Source of the DNA: Candidatus Latescibacterota bacterium | GTDB lineage: Bacteria; Latescibacterota; UBA2968; GCA-2709665 | DNA length: 64,000 nucleotides | NCBI GenBank assembly: GCA_965237675.1 | Contig: OZ250150.1 | Span: forward strand, 608,001-672,000 | Direction of reading: 5' to 3' | Part shown: one piece after another, positions 19,010 through 31,040 of the stretch | How positions within the stretch are numbered: position 1 is the first letter of the stretch | Layout: each line of letters opens with the position of its first letter | Program-made: the position numbers and the translations under genes | The notes under the pieces: generated by a model | What the model was told of the DNA's origin: nothing | Databases searched by the model: none | Seen by the model: only the letters and a program-made list of their open reading frames with translations

Positions 19010-20179
19010 ATGTTTGAACTCGCCCTGAAATACGGGTGCAACCCTCACCAAAAACCCGCAAGAATATACAACAGAAACGGCCCGTTGCCATTTACAGTGT
19101 TAAACGGCGCGCCCGGTTATATCAACCTGCTGGATGCGCTCAATTCCTGGCAGTTGGTTAGAGAACTGAGGCAGACGCTCGACACGCCCGCCGCCGCGTC
19201 CTTCAAACACCTCAGCCCCGCCGGCGCCGCGGTGGCCGTGCCTCTGTACGACGACCTGAAGAAAGCCTATTTTGTGGAAGACCTCGACCTATCGCCCCTG
19301 GCCGTCGCTTACGCCCGCGCCCGGGGCGCCGACCGGCTTTCTTCATATGGCGATTGGGCTGCCCTGAGCGACACGGTTGACGTCTCCACAGCCAGCCTTC
19401 TGCGCCGCGAGGTTTCCGACGGCGTGATTGCGCCCGGATTTGAACCTGGGGCCCTCGATGTATTGAAACAAAAAAAAGGCGGCGCCTACCCGGTCCTTCA
19501 GATCAATCCGGATTACAATCCACTGGAAGTAGAGCGCCGGGAAGTGTTCGGACTCACCCTTGAGCAGCAATACAACGATCTGGTCACAGGTCCCGAGATA
19601 TTGAAAAACATCGTTACTCACAACCAGGAAATACCCCCGGACAAAGCCCGTGATATGCTGTTGGCCACCATTACACTCAAGTTCACCCAGTCCAACTCGA
19701 TCTGCTTCGCATTGCAGGGCCAGGCCATCGGCGTGGGCGCGGGCCAGCAAAACCGCCTTGCATGCACCGATCTTGCTGCAAATAAAGCCGAAGCGTGGTT
19801 TCTTCGCCAGCACCCGGCGGTGCTCAATCTGAAATTCAGAAAAGGAACCAAACGGCCTGAAAAGATAAACGCCATCGAACTCTATCTCAAGGGAGACATG
19901 ACACCCGAAGAGCAAAGCGCGTGGCGGTCTTCATTCCGCGAAGCGCCCCAGCCCTTCGGCGATACGGCCAGGGGGGAATGGTTGAAGCGTCTCAAGGGCG
20001 TCGTACTCGGCTCTGACGCGTATATACCCTTCCGTGACAATATCGACCGGGCCGCTCGAACGGGTGTGGATTACGTTATCCAGACTGGCGGTTCCGTACA
20101 GGACGATACGGTGACCGCTGCAGCCGATGAATACGGCATGGTCATGGTCAATACCGGCATCAGACTCTTTCATCATTAA
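19010..20179 (+). CDS. purH: AICAR transformylase, short PurH form lacking the N-terminal IMP-cyclohydrolase domain
   Basis: Starts LKYGCNPHQ; SFKH.SPAGAA, TQSNS, GAGQQNR, SDA..PFRD and RLFHH. Confidence 0.9.
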   Translation: MFELALKYGCNPHQKPARIYNRNGPLPFTVLNGAPGYINLLDALNSWQLVRELRQTLDTPAAASFKHLSPAGAAVAVPLYDDLKKAYFVEDLDLSPLAVAYARARGADRLSSYGDWAALSDTVDVSTASLLRREVSDGVIAPGFEPGALDVLKQKKGGAYPVLQINPDYNPLEVERREVFGLTLEQQYNDLVTGPEILKNIVTHNQEIPPDKARDMLLATITLKFTQSNSICFALQGQAIGVGAGQQNRLACTDLAANKAEAWFLRQHPAVLNLKFRKGTKRPEKINAIELYLKGDMTPEEQSAWRSSFREAPQPFGDTARGEWLKRLKGVVLGSDAYIPFRDNIDRAARTGVDYVIQTGGSVQDDTVTAAADEYGMVMVNTGIRLFHH

Positions 20180-20551
20180 GATCGCCGGTTGCAGGCCCCT
20201 TTCTTGTCACGGAAACGGCTTCTTCTTCTCAACGCCGGACTGGACGCACGCAAGGAATAGTCGACGATGTTGTATCTCGTCCGTGACCTGACAAAACACC
20301 AAATTTCCCATTTACTACGTCACGACTCGGCCTTATATTTATCGCCCAACGCAGTTCAATTTTCAGGAAAAACGAAACTGTTTTTCGGCCATTTGCAGTC
20401 GATAACCATTGGCACCGGTGCAATCGCTCAGGTCCAGCAACCCAGGATACGGCTCCAAACTCCGGAAGTTCAGGGTGCGCATCAAAAAGCTTCTTGATGA
20501 ATGAATGGGTGTACCTGAGGCATACACCATCGCACACGGAGATTTCCGAAC

Positions 20552-21379
20552 ATGCATTCCAAGTGTTTGGACGGCGACGCCAACATCTATCTGCGTGACA
20601 TCCGAAAATTCACGCAGATGAGCAAAGAAGACGAGGCCGGCGTGATCGCAGACGCTCAGAAGGGTAACCGCAATGCCCTCGACCGTCTCATCACTGCCAA
20701 CTTGCGATTTGTCGTTCGTATTGCACGGAAATATAGCGGACGAGGTTTGCCCCTGGCCGATCTGATTGCCGAGGGCAACCTGGGTCTGATCCGAGCCATA
20801 CGGACATTCGATCTTGCCCGCGGACACAAATTCATCACTTACGCAGTCTGGTGGATCCGACAGGCCATCCTGTCCGCACTCAATCGGTATGCCCATCCGG
20901 TCGTTTTTCCTGTGAATCAGATCGACGACCTCGACGTGATCAATCGGGCTAAGAACGCCCTTTCCCAGTCGTTGGGACGAATTCCCAACCTGGGCGAACT
21001 GGTTGAAAAAACCGGTATGCCACTCAGAAGGCTGCGCCGAGCCCTCGAAGCCAACCGAACGACCGTTTCCCTTGACAGCCCCACACATGAGGGATCCTCG
21101 GGAGTTTACGCGGATACGCTTCCCGCCAAAGACGCTTGCCCAGACGAACAGTTTGACGACGCCCGAATCAAGAAAATCCTGAAAGAATGCCTTAACCGGT
21201 TGCCTCGACGGGAAGCGCGGATCTTGAATCTCTATTTTGGTCTTGGCACGGATAAGCCCGAGCCCCTGGAACGGATTGGCAAACGACTGCAAATCAGCAG
21301 GGAGCGGGTCCGGCAACTCAAAGACAGAGCACTCGGCAGGCTCCGACTCAGTTTTGTCCGGGAAGATTTAATTTCATAG
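20552..21379 (+). CDS. RpoD/SigA-family sigma factor lacking region 1.1
   Basis: YLRDI, ANLRFVV, DLIAEGNLGL, KFITYAVWWIRQ and SRERVRQ. Confidence 0.92.
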   Translation: MHSKCLDGDANIYLRDIRKFTQMSKEDEAGVIADAQKGNRNALDRLITANLRFVVRIARKYSGRGLPLADLIAEGNLGLIRAIRTFDLARGHKFITYAVWWIRQAILSALNRYAHPVVFPVNQIDDLDVINRAKNALSQSLGRIPNLGELVEKTGMPLRRLRRALEANRTTVSLDSPTHEGSSGVYADTLPAKDACPDEQFDDARIKKILKECLNRLPRREARILNLYFGLGTDKPEPLERIGKRLQISRERVRQLKDRALGRLRLSFVREDLIS

Positions 21380-21387
21380 GCTGAATG

Positions 21388-21450
21388 ATAGCACATCCAT
21401 AACAAAGCGGGCGGCCACTCAGGCCGCCCGCTTTGTTATGGATGTGCTAT
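21388..21450. terminator. Perfect 29-bp inverted repeat between convergent genes; probable bidirectional terminator
   Basis: ATAGCACATCCATAACAAAGCGGGCGGCC-ACTCA-exact reverse complement. Confidence 0.8.
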
Positions 21451-21463
21451 GGAAGTTACCGGC

Positions 21464-22663
21464 TTACTGCCCGGAAAAATCTGCCCGCTTTTGGATCATT
21501 TGCTGCTTCAACAACTGCAGGTCTCGTTGGAGTCGGAGGAATTCCTGATACAAGGCGGTGTTGCCCTGCTGCATTGTAAGCTGCGACGAGGCCGCAGGTC
21601 CGTCAAAACCGACCGATAGAAATCCTCTGGATTCCGGTGGAAGTTCACCCACCTCCACGTGGGGCGTGTCCGGTTGTTCACCTCGTTTGATCTTCATCCG
21701 AATCTCGGTCCCCGGAGTTGTGGAAAGGACCAGGCTCTGAAGATGCTCGGCACTTTCCACCTGCTGCTCCTGGAACGAAATGATAAGATCGCCCCGCACG
21801 ATGCCGCTCCTTGCCGCAGGCCCATTCAGCAAAATGCCATCGACGCGCACGCCATGATATTCCAAATCGTATTTCCCGACGACGCCCAACCACCCGTATG
21901 CTGTTCGCGAGCCACTGATAAGACGTTGGGCAATCCGAATGGCACGATTGATAGGTACCACAAAAACCGTCGTTGGAATCTCCTGTGCCATTCGGGCGCC
22001 CGGAGCCCCTTCAGGCAGAATATCGGACCATGGATCGGGCGGCAACGCCCATACTAAGCCCAAAATTTCTCCAGTACTGCAAAAAACCGGTGCGCCTCCA
22101 AAACTGAGATGCACCGGCGCCGAAATATGAATCAGGTCCTGGATGCGGTCGACATTGTGAACCATACCAAACGAAGGCATCAGGTTTCCAAAACTGTTGC
22201 CCAGAATAAACGCATAGTGGCCAATGCGGACCTGATCGGAATTCCCGATTGCAATCGGCTGCAGACCCTCTGCCTCAACCCGAATAACCGCCACCTCCGA
22301 TACCGGGTCCGATGCCACGAAACGAGCTTGGAGACGACGCCCCGTACCGAGCGTTACCCAGATTTCGTCGGCGTCCTTAACAGCACGATGGACCGTTATG
22401 ATGTTTCCCTTGGAATCCAGAATAAATCCGGTGCCGTGCATAAATCCTTTGCCATATTGCAGACCTTCCCCTGCCCCTATTTGGGTATAGCTGGCATGGA
22501 TGCGAACAACACCAGGCCGGTTCTTTTCGAGAATCTCGGCTCGCTCTTCTTCGATCCCCTTGAGCACGCTGCCGGCGTCGCACTCCGTCGCACCTGGCCC
22601 GGTGAACAGCAACCCCGCAATTGCGGGAACCGCCCAGAGGGATCTGCACCGTCGTGTTTTCAT
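21464..22663 (-). CDS. HtrA/DegP-like trypsin plus PDZ protein with a degenerate catalytic triad
   Basis: Signal peptide, GTGFIL, IGNSDQVRIG, PDZ GWLGV...GPAARSGI..GDLI; triad motifs altered. Confidence 0.85.
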   Translation of the reverse strand: MKTRRCRSLWAVPAIAGLLFTGPGATECDAGSVLKGIEEERAEILEKNRPGVVRIHASYTQIGAGEGLQYGKGFMHGTGFILDSKGNIITVHRAVKDADEIWVTLGTGRRLQARFVASDPVSEVAVIRVEAEGLQPIAIGNSDQVRIGHYAFILGNSFGNLMPSFGMVHNVDRIQDLIHISAPVHLSFGGAPVFCSTGEILGLVWALPPDPWSDILPEGAPGARMAQEIPTTVFVVPINRAIRIAQRLISGSRTAYGWLGVVGKYDLEYHGVRVDGILLNGPAARSGIVRGDLIISFQEQQVESAEHLQSLVLSTTPGTEIRMKIKRGEQPDTPHVEVGELPPESRGFLSVGFDGPAASSQLTMQQGNTALYQEFLRLQRDLQLLKQQMIQKRADFSGQ

Positions 22664-22696
22664 TGTCCGTGTAGACTTTCTCTCCCACAAGATTCA

Positions 22697-23302
22697 CTAA
22701 AAGGACACCCGACCCACGTTGGCCAGATGACGAACCGGCCGCATACGTACCATTGACGCAGCCTTTATGGAATCCACCGACTCGGACCGATGAACCTGTC
22801 CTGAAACAGGATAGGACGTTCTCTGGGACAGCATCTTCAGCGCCCCCCGCCGGTCCGGGGCGGGAAAAAACGGCGAAAATGATGGCGCGACCACGGTCAA
22901 CTGATGGATACGATCCGAGGTGACCGCACGCGTTGTCGGCTCCTCGTCGAGTGCCGTGGTCATGCCAAGCGCCATCAGTACAACCGCAACACCCGATGCA
23001 AGCGCCTTTGGCAGGGTTGGAAAAAACAGGGATGGCAGCTTATTCCAGAACGAAGTTTTTTGAGCCGCCTCCATCATCAGACGGCTCCGAAGGGCAAAAT
23101 CAAACCCGACCGAAGGCCGCACACGCGACATCCGGGCGAGCCGCTGGGTCAGGTTCCTGACGCCTTCCAACGAATTGGCGCAGGTGGGGCAGTCTACCGT
23201 GTGGTGATCCATCTGCGCCCGCTTGGCGCCTGTTACCTCGTCTTCAATATAGGCCGATAATCGGGCCGCAAACTCGCCGCACGTTATGTGACCCTCGCCC
23301 AT
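22697..23302 (-). CDS. Zinc-finger (ZAS, zf-HC2) transmembrane anti-sigma factor
   Basis: C......LSAYI, HTVDCPTC (HxxxCxxC), one TM helix; follows the ECF sigma gene. Confidence 0.85.
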   Translation of the reverse strand: MGEGHITCGEFAARLSAYIEDEVTGAKRAQMDHHTVDCPTCANSLEGVRNLTQRLARMSRVRPSVGFDFALRSRLMMEAAQKTSFWNKLPSLFFPTLPKALASGVAVVLMALGMTTALDEEPTTRAVTSDRIHQLTVVAPSFSPFFPAPDRRGALKMLSQRTSYPVSGQVHRSESVDSIKAASMVRMRPVRHLANVGRVSF

Positions 23303-23368
23303 GTATTTCCTCCGATGGTTCTATTGGATTACGAATGTCCGTAGGGTTCGACAGACGGCGTCAGGCTC

Positions 23369-23974
23369 TCAGACTTCCAGCCCCACGTCCCTTCCCTCAT
23401 TTTTCAGCTTTTGCTGCAGTTTCAGACGGGCCCGGTTCACACGCGACTTGACCGTACCCACCGGACACCTGCTGATCTCGGCAATCTCCTGGTAGGACAT
23501 CCCTTCCACGTCCCGAAGCAGGATCACCTTTCGGTAGTTTTCCGACAACGACATAATGGCCTGTTGAATCTGCACGTCTGCGATAGAAGATTCGGTAATT
23601 CGATCCGGCCGGTAGGACTCGTCCGGCAATTCCAGCCCCGTCTCGTTCTCGTCATCCCGATGCAGTGAAAACAGCCGCCAACGTTTTCGACGCCTTAATT
23701 CGCTCTTGGCCAGGTTGCCGGCAATTGTGAACAACCATGTGGAGAAATTCGCTATTGCCCGATATTCGTTCCGCTTTCGATACGCCCTGAGAAAAGCCTC
23801 CTGGACTATATCCTCTGCTGTCTCCCGGTCTCCGACAAACCGAAAAACAAAGTTGTAAAGCCTTCCTCTATATCGATTTACAATCTTTCCATAAGCTTCA
23901 ATATCGCCATTCGCAACATCGGTCAGAATATCAACATCCGACACCGCTGTGTTATCGGTTTTTACCATGAGCAT
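23369..23974 (-). CDS. ECF sigma factor (RpoE/SigW-like)
   Basis: AEDIVQEAF, FSTWLFTIA, SYQEIAE and GTVKSRVNRAR. Confidence 0.95.
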   Translation of the reverse strand: MLMVKTDNTAVSDVDILTDVANGDIEAYGKIVNRYRGRLYNFVFRFVGDRETAEDIVQEAFLRAYRKRNEYRAIANFSTWLFTIAGNLAKSELRRRKRWRLFSLHRDDENETGLELPDESYRPDRITESSIADVQIQQAIMSLSENYRKVILLRDVEGMSYQEIAEISRCPVGTVKSRVNRARLKLQQKLKNEGRDVGLEV

Positions 23975-24055
23975 GGATTCTCCCCCCTTTCACCTGCAAC
24001 ATCCGCGGGAATGGGGCATTCAAAACCCCCAATCCAGACGATCACCGAACAGCTA

Positions 24056-24083
24056 TTAAACCCTCTGGTCTGAGAAAAGTTCC
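24056..24083 (-). promoter_or_regulatory. Possible autoregulatory ECF promoter
   Basis: Minus strand GGAACTT-N16-TTTAA, close to the RpoE-type GGAACTT-N16-TCnAA consensus. Confidence 0.4.
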
Positions 24084-24238
24084 CGAAAAGCGGAAAATTC
24101 AGTACCGGTAACCGAAAGCGGCTCCTCGTCTCTGCACGACACGCTTAAGACCGGATTTGAAGAACAACTGCTCAAAAGATAAGGAAATCGAGGGAAGAAA
24201 CCAGCTGAATATCCACGCTTTCGATCTGGTTTCTCCCC

Positions 24239-24266
24239 TTGACATCCGCTTGGGATTTGGTATAAT
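24239..24266 (+). promoter_or_regulatory. Consensus sigma70 promoter of acs
   Basis: TTGACA-N16-TATAAT with extended TG. Confidence 0.8.
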
Positions 24267-24358
24267 AACAGCCGTTCCATCCAGGAATTGCAAGATCCTC
24301 TTTTACCGACATCGAATCTGCCAATTCAACCGTTTAATACCGAAAGAAAGGGTTTTCA

Positions 24359-26359
24359 ATGGCGGCAAATCCAGACCGGATTTCAGAACAGGGCGGAAGA
24401 TATTTCCCACCTCAACATCTCAGTGGGAAGGCCCATATTAAAAGCTTCGAAGACTACCGGCGGCGGTATCAGGAGTCCATAGAAGACATCGAAGCATTCT
24501 GGGCTGAAGTGGCAGGAGACTTCCATTGGTACAGACGATGGGACAACGTACGCGCATACAACTACAATGTCGACGAAGGACCCGTGTCAATTAAATGGTT
24601 TGAAGGTGCGAAAACCAGCATCGCGTACAATTGCCTCGACCGTCACCTGGAAACACGCGGGGATCAGGTTGCGATTATCTGGGAAGGCAACGAGCCGGGT
24701 GAAGACGGACGGCTAACCTACCGGGAACTCCACCATCAGGTCTGCAAATTCGCCAACGTCTTGAAGTCTCGGGGAGTGAAAAAAGGAGACCGCGTTTCCA
24801 TATATATGCCAATGATCCCCGAACTGGCCGTCGCGATGCTGGCCTGCGCCAGGATCGGCGCGGTTCACTCAATCGTCTTCGGCGGCTTTTCCGCAGATGC
24901 GCTTGCCGATCGCATTGTCGATTCCACCTGCCAGTTGGTCATTACGACCGACGGAATGTTCCGAGGCGACAGACCGATGGAACGCAAGGCATTTGCCGAT
25001 CACGCCATCTCCAATGCGGATGGCCGAATGGTCGGCAAAACCGTGGATACATGCATCGTCGTCCGCCGCGTGGGCGAACAAAAGGGTATTTCCTGCCCCA
25101 TGCGAGAGGGTAGAGACATCTGGTGGCACGAAGCCATGGAAACAGCCAGCCCGGATTGTCCGTGTGAAGAGATGGACGCGGAAGATCCGCTATACATCCT
25201 GTATACGTCGGGCTCCACGGGCAAACCCAAGGGCGTGCAGCATAATGTGGGCGGATATATGGTATACACCGCCTACACCCACAAAAATATCTTCGACTAT
25301 CACGATGGCGATATCTACTTCTGCGCCGCTGACATCGGCTGGGTTACCGGACACTCTTACATCATCTACGGTCCCTTGGCAAACGGTGCGACGTCGGTCA
25401 TGTTCGAAAGTACGCCGGTGTATCCCGACCCAGGGCGTTACTGGCAGGTGATTGACAAATACGAAGTCAATCAGTTCTATACGGCACCCACGGCGATCAG
25501 GGCGGTTGCCAAGGAGGGCGAAGCGTGGCCGGCCAAATACGACCTCTCCTCACTGAAGCTCCTGGGGACCGTTGGGGAACCCATCAACCCGGAAGCCTGG
25601 CTCTGGTACCACCACAACGTGGGTCGCGGCCGCTGTCCGATTGTCGACACCTGGTGGCAAACCGAAACCGGCGGCATCCTCATCACACCGCTCCCGGGCG
25701 CAACCGCCACGAAGCCCGGCTCCGCGACTTTTCCCTTCTTCGGTATCAGACCGGTTGTACTCGACCCGGAGTCCGGCAAAGAACTGGAGGGTAACGACGT
25801 CCGCGGCGTTCTGGCTATTGCGGAACCCTGGCCGGGGCAAATGCGCACCATTTACGGCGACCACAAACGCTTCGAGGAAACCTATTTCCAGCAATACAAA
25901 GGCTATTATTTCACTGGCGACGGCTGCCGCAGGGACGAAGACGGCTATTACTGGATCACCGGTCGGGTGGATGACGTGATCAACATATCCGGGCACCGCA
26001 TGGGCACCGCCGAGGTCGAGTCCGCCCTGGTCTCTCACGCGGGTGTGGCGGAAGCGGCTGTGGTGGGTTTCCCCCACGAAATCAAGGGCCAGGGAATCTA
26101 TGCCTATGTAACCCTGAACGTCGGTGTGGAATACATGGATTCACTGAAAAACGAACTGAAGGGATGGGTTCGAAAAGAGATCGGTCCCATCGCCACACCC
26201 GACGTGATCCATTGGGCGCCGGGACTGCCCAAAACACGATCGGGCAAAATCATGCGCCGAATCCTGCGCAAAATTGCCGCCGCCGATACCGGCGATCTCG
26301 GCGACACCTCCACGCTTGCCGATCCGGCGGTTGTGGATCAACTCCTTGAAAATCGCTAG
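24359..26359 (+). CDS. acs: Acetyl-CoA synthetase
   Basis: [21 protein letters not shown] and [12 protein letters not shown]. Confidence 0.97.
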   Translation: MAANPDRISEQGGRYFPPQHLSGKAHIKSFEDYRRRYQESIEDIEAFWAEVAGDFHWYRRWDNVRAYNYNVDEGPVSIKWFEGAKTSIAYNCLDRHLETRGDQVAIIWEGNEPGEDGRLTYRELHHQVCKFANVLKSRGVKKGDRVSIYMPMIPELAVAMLACARIGAVHSIVFGGFSADALADRIVDSTCQLVITTDGMFRGDRPMERKAFADHAISNADGRMVGKTVDTCIVVRRVGEQKGISCPMREGRDIWWHEAMETASPDCPCEEMDAEDPLYILYTSGSTGKPKGVQHNVGGYMVYTAYTHKNIFDYHDGDIYFCAADIGWVTGHSYIIYGPLANGATSVMFESTPVYPDPGRYWQVIDKYEVNQFYTAPTAIRAVAKEGEAWPAKYDLSSLKLLGTVGEPINPEAWLWYHHNVGRGRCPIVDTWWQTETGGILITPLPGATATKPGSATFPFFGIRPVVLDPESGKELEGNDVRGVLAIAEPWPGQMRTIYGDHKRFEETYFQQYKGYYFTGDGCRRDEDGYYWITGRVDDVINISGHRMGTAEVESALVSHAGVAEAAVVGFPHEIKGQGIYAYVTLNVGVEYMDSLKNELKGWVRKEIGPIATPDVIHWAPGLPKTRSGKIMRRILRKIAAADTGDLGDTSTLADPAVVDQLLENR

Positions 26360-26578
26360 TGCTCTGACCCGGAAACGGATTGCCGAAATCCGGCCGACGA
26401 GTCGCCCGGCTCGCAAGCCGCCTGCGATCTGCCCAAGGTCGGCGAGCGCGTTTCGACAGGCTCAACGCAGGCAACGAACGCAACGCAGCGAGACGGGATG
26501 AATCGGCGCCTGCCTGTGCGTGCTGCCTCACGCACGCAGACAGGGATGAATGGTGACATATTTCCGGGGCGCGACACC
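26358..26578 (+). repeat. MITE-like dispersed repeat
   Basis: Starts within the acs TAG; shares internal modules with the copies at 28643 and 45428. Confidence 0.85.
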
Positions 26579-26603
26579 TGGAAACCGTATTATTCACGCT
26601 AAG

Positions 26604-26633
26604 CCAAGAGGGAGCCGGATGGCTCCCTCTTGG
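26604..26633 (+). terminator. 13-bp perfect hairpin, probable acs terminator
   Basis: CCAAGAGGGAGCC-GGAT-GGCTCCCTCTTGG. Confidence 0.6.
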
Positions 26634-26662
26634 TGTTCATCAGGGACGGGTACCGCCCCAAA

Positions 26663-27370
26663 ATGACGTCTTTGCCTCAGAAATCCCTGCTCCTGCTCTC
26701 CGGCGGAATGGATTCGACGACCCTGCTCTGGTGGATGCGAGACCGTGGCATTTCCGAGATCCACACCGTCTCGATCGACTATGGCCAGCGCCACGCTATC
26801 GAACTCGAATCCAGCGCAACGCTCTCCCGAACGGCGGGCACCCGCTCCCACCGCTGTCTCAAGATCAATCTCCGGCAGATCGGCGGAAATCCGATCACCG
26901 ATACAGGCCATCCGGTTCCCGCAGCGGAACAGGATCGGCAGGCTCTAACCGTGGTTCCTTTCCGCAACATGCTCTTCGTCACGCTGGCTGCCGCATGGGC
27001 AGAGGTGAAGAGTTGTACCGATCTCTATCTGTCGCCGGTCCGGGACGACTTTCAGATCTACCGAGACTGCCGACGCGAATTTTACGATACGCTGGAGAAA
27101 TCCCTTGTCCTGGGCGCCACGCGACAGACCGACTACCGTATCCATACCCCTTTTGTGGAGAAATGGAAAGCCGAAGTCGTGAGCATCGGCCTGAAACTGG
27201 GGGTGCCCTACGCCGAGACCCACACCTGCTACGCAGGCAAACGCCCCGCCTGCGGCCGTTGCGATGCCTGCGTGGAACGCGTCGCCGCCTTTCGGACCAA
27301 CCACGCCGTCGATCCCCTGGCCTACGAAATCGAAATCGACTGGACAACATCCACGGCGCCGCATCGATAG
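26663..27370 (+). CDS. queC: 7-cyano-7-deazaguanine synthase
   Basis: SGGMDS, YGQRH, VPFRN, DCR and CY...CGRCDAC. Confidence 0.93.
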   Translation: MTSLPQKSLLLLSGGMDSTTLLWWMRDRGISEIHTVSIDYGQRHAIELESSATLSRTAGTRSHRCLKINLRQIGGNPITDTGHPVPAAEQDRQALTVVPFRNMLFVTLAAAWAEVKSCTDLYLSPVRDDFQIYRDCRREFYDTLEKSLVLGATRQTDYRIHTPFVEKWKAEVVSIGLKLGVPYAETHTCYAGKRPACGRCDACVERVAAFRTNHAVDPLAYEIEIDWTTSTAPHR

Positions 27371-27399
27371 GCGACCCTGCGTGAGGTCCGCCGGCCGGA

Positions 27400-28449
27400 C
27401 TATGCGTTTTTCAATGCTGTCAACGTGTCTATCAGCCGCCGATCCGCCTTGTATCGAAGTTCGAGAATCTGAGCGAGTTCCTCCGTACCGGTGTCTTTGG
27501 CGGTTAACCGATAGACCTCGAGCCGGTCTTCCAGGGCGTTCATGACCATATCGAGCAAGATGAGATCCGATGCATCGTCCTCGACCATACACTCATCCGC
27601 CAGCACACGGCGAACCACCTTCAGGCGGTCCCGCAACGCAGCGTCGTCAATCTCCTCGATCGTGTCTTGACTGACCAGTCGGGTGGACAGCGTCGCCAGA
27701 AATCCTTCACTCAAATACTTGCGGGCTTTCTCTTCGGTCCAGGTGTCCGCCAGGATCTCCACAACGGACTGGGGGATCCGCTCGGCCCGCTCCGTACTCT
27801 CCGCGGACCCGCCGCCTTCGTTCGGCCGCCGTGGCTGCCGCCGCCGTCTCGGCCGGCGATGTTCCTGCGAAGCGCCCCTGGAGGGCGGCTCCTGTGTCCG
27901 TTCAGCCGGTGTCTCCGCGGGTGCGCCCGCTGTAGCATCGGGCGCTGACGTCGCCTCAGCCTCCGCGTTTTCCACGACAGAATCCGGCACTGACTCCGGC
28001 GCGTTCGGCGGTTCAGGGGGCGTCGCAGCTGTTGCCGTCGCCGCCGACGGCTCAACGGTTGTCTCAGCCTCTTTTTGGGATTGGTTCTGCTCCTTGTCCT
28101 CCGCTTTCCCTGGTGGCGCGCGCTTCGGGGACTTCGCCGGCCCTCGCGACCGTTTCACGGGCCGGCGCGATACCACGCGTTTTTCCGAAACATCGGTGGT
28201 TTTCTCAGTAGACTCGTTTGCGTCTTCCGTAGCGTCAGCTTCGGACTTCTCCCCGTTTTCCTCGACCGGCGCGGTTCGGCTTCGCGTCGTCCTTTTTGGT
28301 TTCTTGGTGCTACTCCGGGTACGCTTGGCCGGTCGCCTTGACACCACGCGCCTTTCAGAATCCCGGGCGTCGTCCTTCTTCTCCGTGTCCGGGGCTCCCG
28401 ACACGGTTTGGTCATTCTCCCCGGATGGGGGATCCAGATTAACGTCCAT
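27400..28449 (-). CDS. Hypothetical protein with long low-complexity N-terminus and acidic helical C-terminal domain
   Basis: GGAGGG RBS; 349-codon ORF; duplicated SE.RVVSRRP.KR motif. Confidence 0.7.
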   Translation of the reverse strand: MDVNLDPPSGENDQTVSGAPDTEKKDDARDSERRVVSRRPAKRTRSSTKKPKRTTRSRTAPVEENGEKSEADATEDANESTEKTTDVSEKRVVSRRPVKRSRGPAKSPKRAPPGKAEDKEQNQSQKEAETTVEPSAATATAATPPEPPNAPESVPDSVVENAEAEATSAPDATAGAPAETPAERTQEPPSRGASQEHRRPRRRRQPRRPNEGGGSAESTERAERIPQSVVEILADTWTEEKARKYLSEGFLATLSTRLVSQDTIEEIDDAALRDRLKVVRRVLADECMVEDDASDLILLDMVMNALEDRLEVYRLTAKDTGTEELAQILELRYKADRRLIDTLTALKNA

Positions 28450-28580
28450 ATCCCTCCCTTCCAGTTGCAGACGGCCCATTATAGGCCACATCGTCTCCAA
28501 CCCTCCACAGTGTTGAACCTGCGCGAAAACATCATGCCGACACACCAATATAAACAAATGCCGTCATAGTTCAAGGGATG

Positions 28581-28610
28581 AAAAAAGGCCGGCCAGTAAC
28601 GGCCGACCCT
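28581..28610 (-). terminator. Intrinsic terminator of groESL
   Basis: Minus strand AGGGTCGGCC-GTTACT-GGCCGGCCTT then TTTT. Confidence 0.75.
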
Positions 28611-28642
28611 TGAACGGTTGCCCGATGTTGTGGACACGGTCC

Positions 28643-28856
28643 GGTGTTCTGTCCCGGAGATAGATTGCCTGAATTCGGCCGTCGAGTCGCCCGGCTCGCA
28701 AGGAGCCTGCGACCTGCGGAAGGTCAGCGAGCGAGGGCACTTCGACAAGCTCAGCGCAAGCAACGCAGCGAGACGGGATGATTCTTCCCTGCCTGTGCAT
28801 GCTGCCTCACGCACGCAGACAGGGAAGAATGGTGACATGTTTCTGGGACAGGACAC

Positions 28857-28857
<1 letters not shown>
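28643..28857 (+). repeat. MITE-like dispersed repeat (215 bp, both terminal inverted repeats present)
   Basis: GGTGTTCTGTCCCGGAGA ... TTTCTGGGACAGGACACC; abuts the groL TAG. Confidence 0.9.
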
Positions 28858-30497
<1,640 letters not shown>

Positions 30498-30621
30498 CTA
30501 AATGCTTTTGAACAAGACTTGGCGGATCCGGTTCCATGGACGGCATTCCCGGATCGTCATCGCCCGTCCCCCTCTGTCCGGGGCTCGAATCGCGACGTGC
30601 ATTTATGCGGGTTTTTGTTGT

Positions 30622-30912
30622 CTATTCAAGAATACCCAGAATGTCGTCTTCGGAAGTAATCAACAGTTCATCTCCACCCACTTCCACGTCTGTTCCTGCA
30701 TATTGGCCAATCAAGACACGGTTGCCCACAGTTACCGAAACCGGTATCGGTTCGCCGGTTTTGTTGTTGACTTTGCCCGGCCCGACCGCAACGACCTCGG
30801 CTTCGAGTGGTTTTTCTTTGGCCGTATCTGGAATAATAATGCCGCCATGAACCTGTTCATCGGCTTCAATCCGCCGGAGAAGTACCCGGTCGGCCAGAGG
30901 CTTCACCATCAT
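30622..30912 (-). CDS. groS: Co-chaperonin GroES
   Basis: KPLADRV, GGIIIPDTAKEKP. Confidence 0.98.
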   Translation of the reverse strand: MMVKPLADRVLLRRIEADEQVHGGIIIPDTAKEKPLEAEVVAVGPGKVNNKTGEPIPVSVTVGNRVLIGQYAGTDVEVGGDELLITSEDDILGILE

Positions 30913-30977
30913 AAATCCTCCTTCTCAAGAATGGAGTTTATGTTAACCCGTTAATTTATAGATGTTTTTTTCGGGTA

Positions 30978-31004
30978 TTAGCACTCAAGGCGATCGAGTG
31001 CTAA
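30978..31004. promoter_or_regulatory. CIRCE element (HrcA operator)
   Basis: Perfect TTAGCACTC-N9-GAGTGCTAA upstream of groS. Confidence 0.97.
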
Positions 31005-31011
31005 TAGCACA

Positions 31012-31040
31012 AATATACACGCTTTGATTTCGTGGCGCAA
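31012..31040 (-). promoter_or_regulatory. sigma70 promoter of groESL
   Basis: Minus strand TTGCGC-N17-TATATT with extended TG, just upstream of CIRCE. Confidence 0.7.

Noticed and set aside
26581-26662. preQ1 riboswitch before queC
   Set aside because: No preQ1 consensus or A-rich tail; only a GC-rich hairpin.
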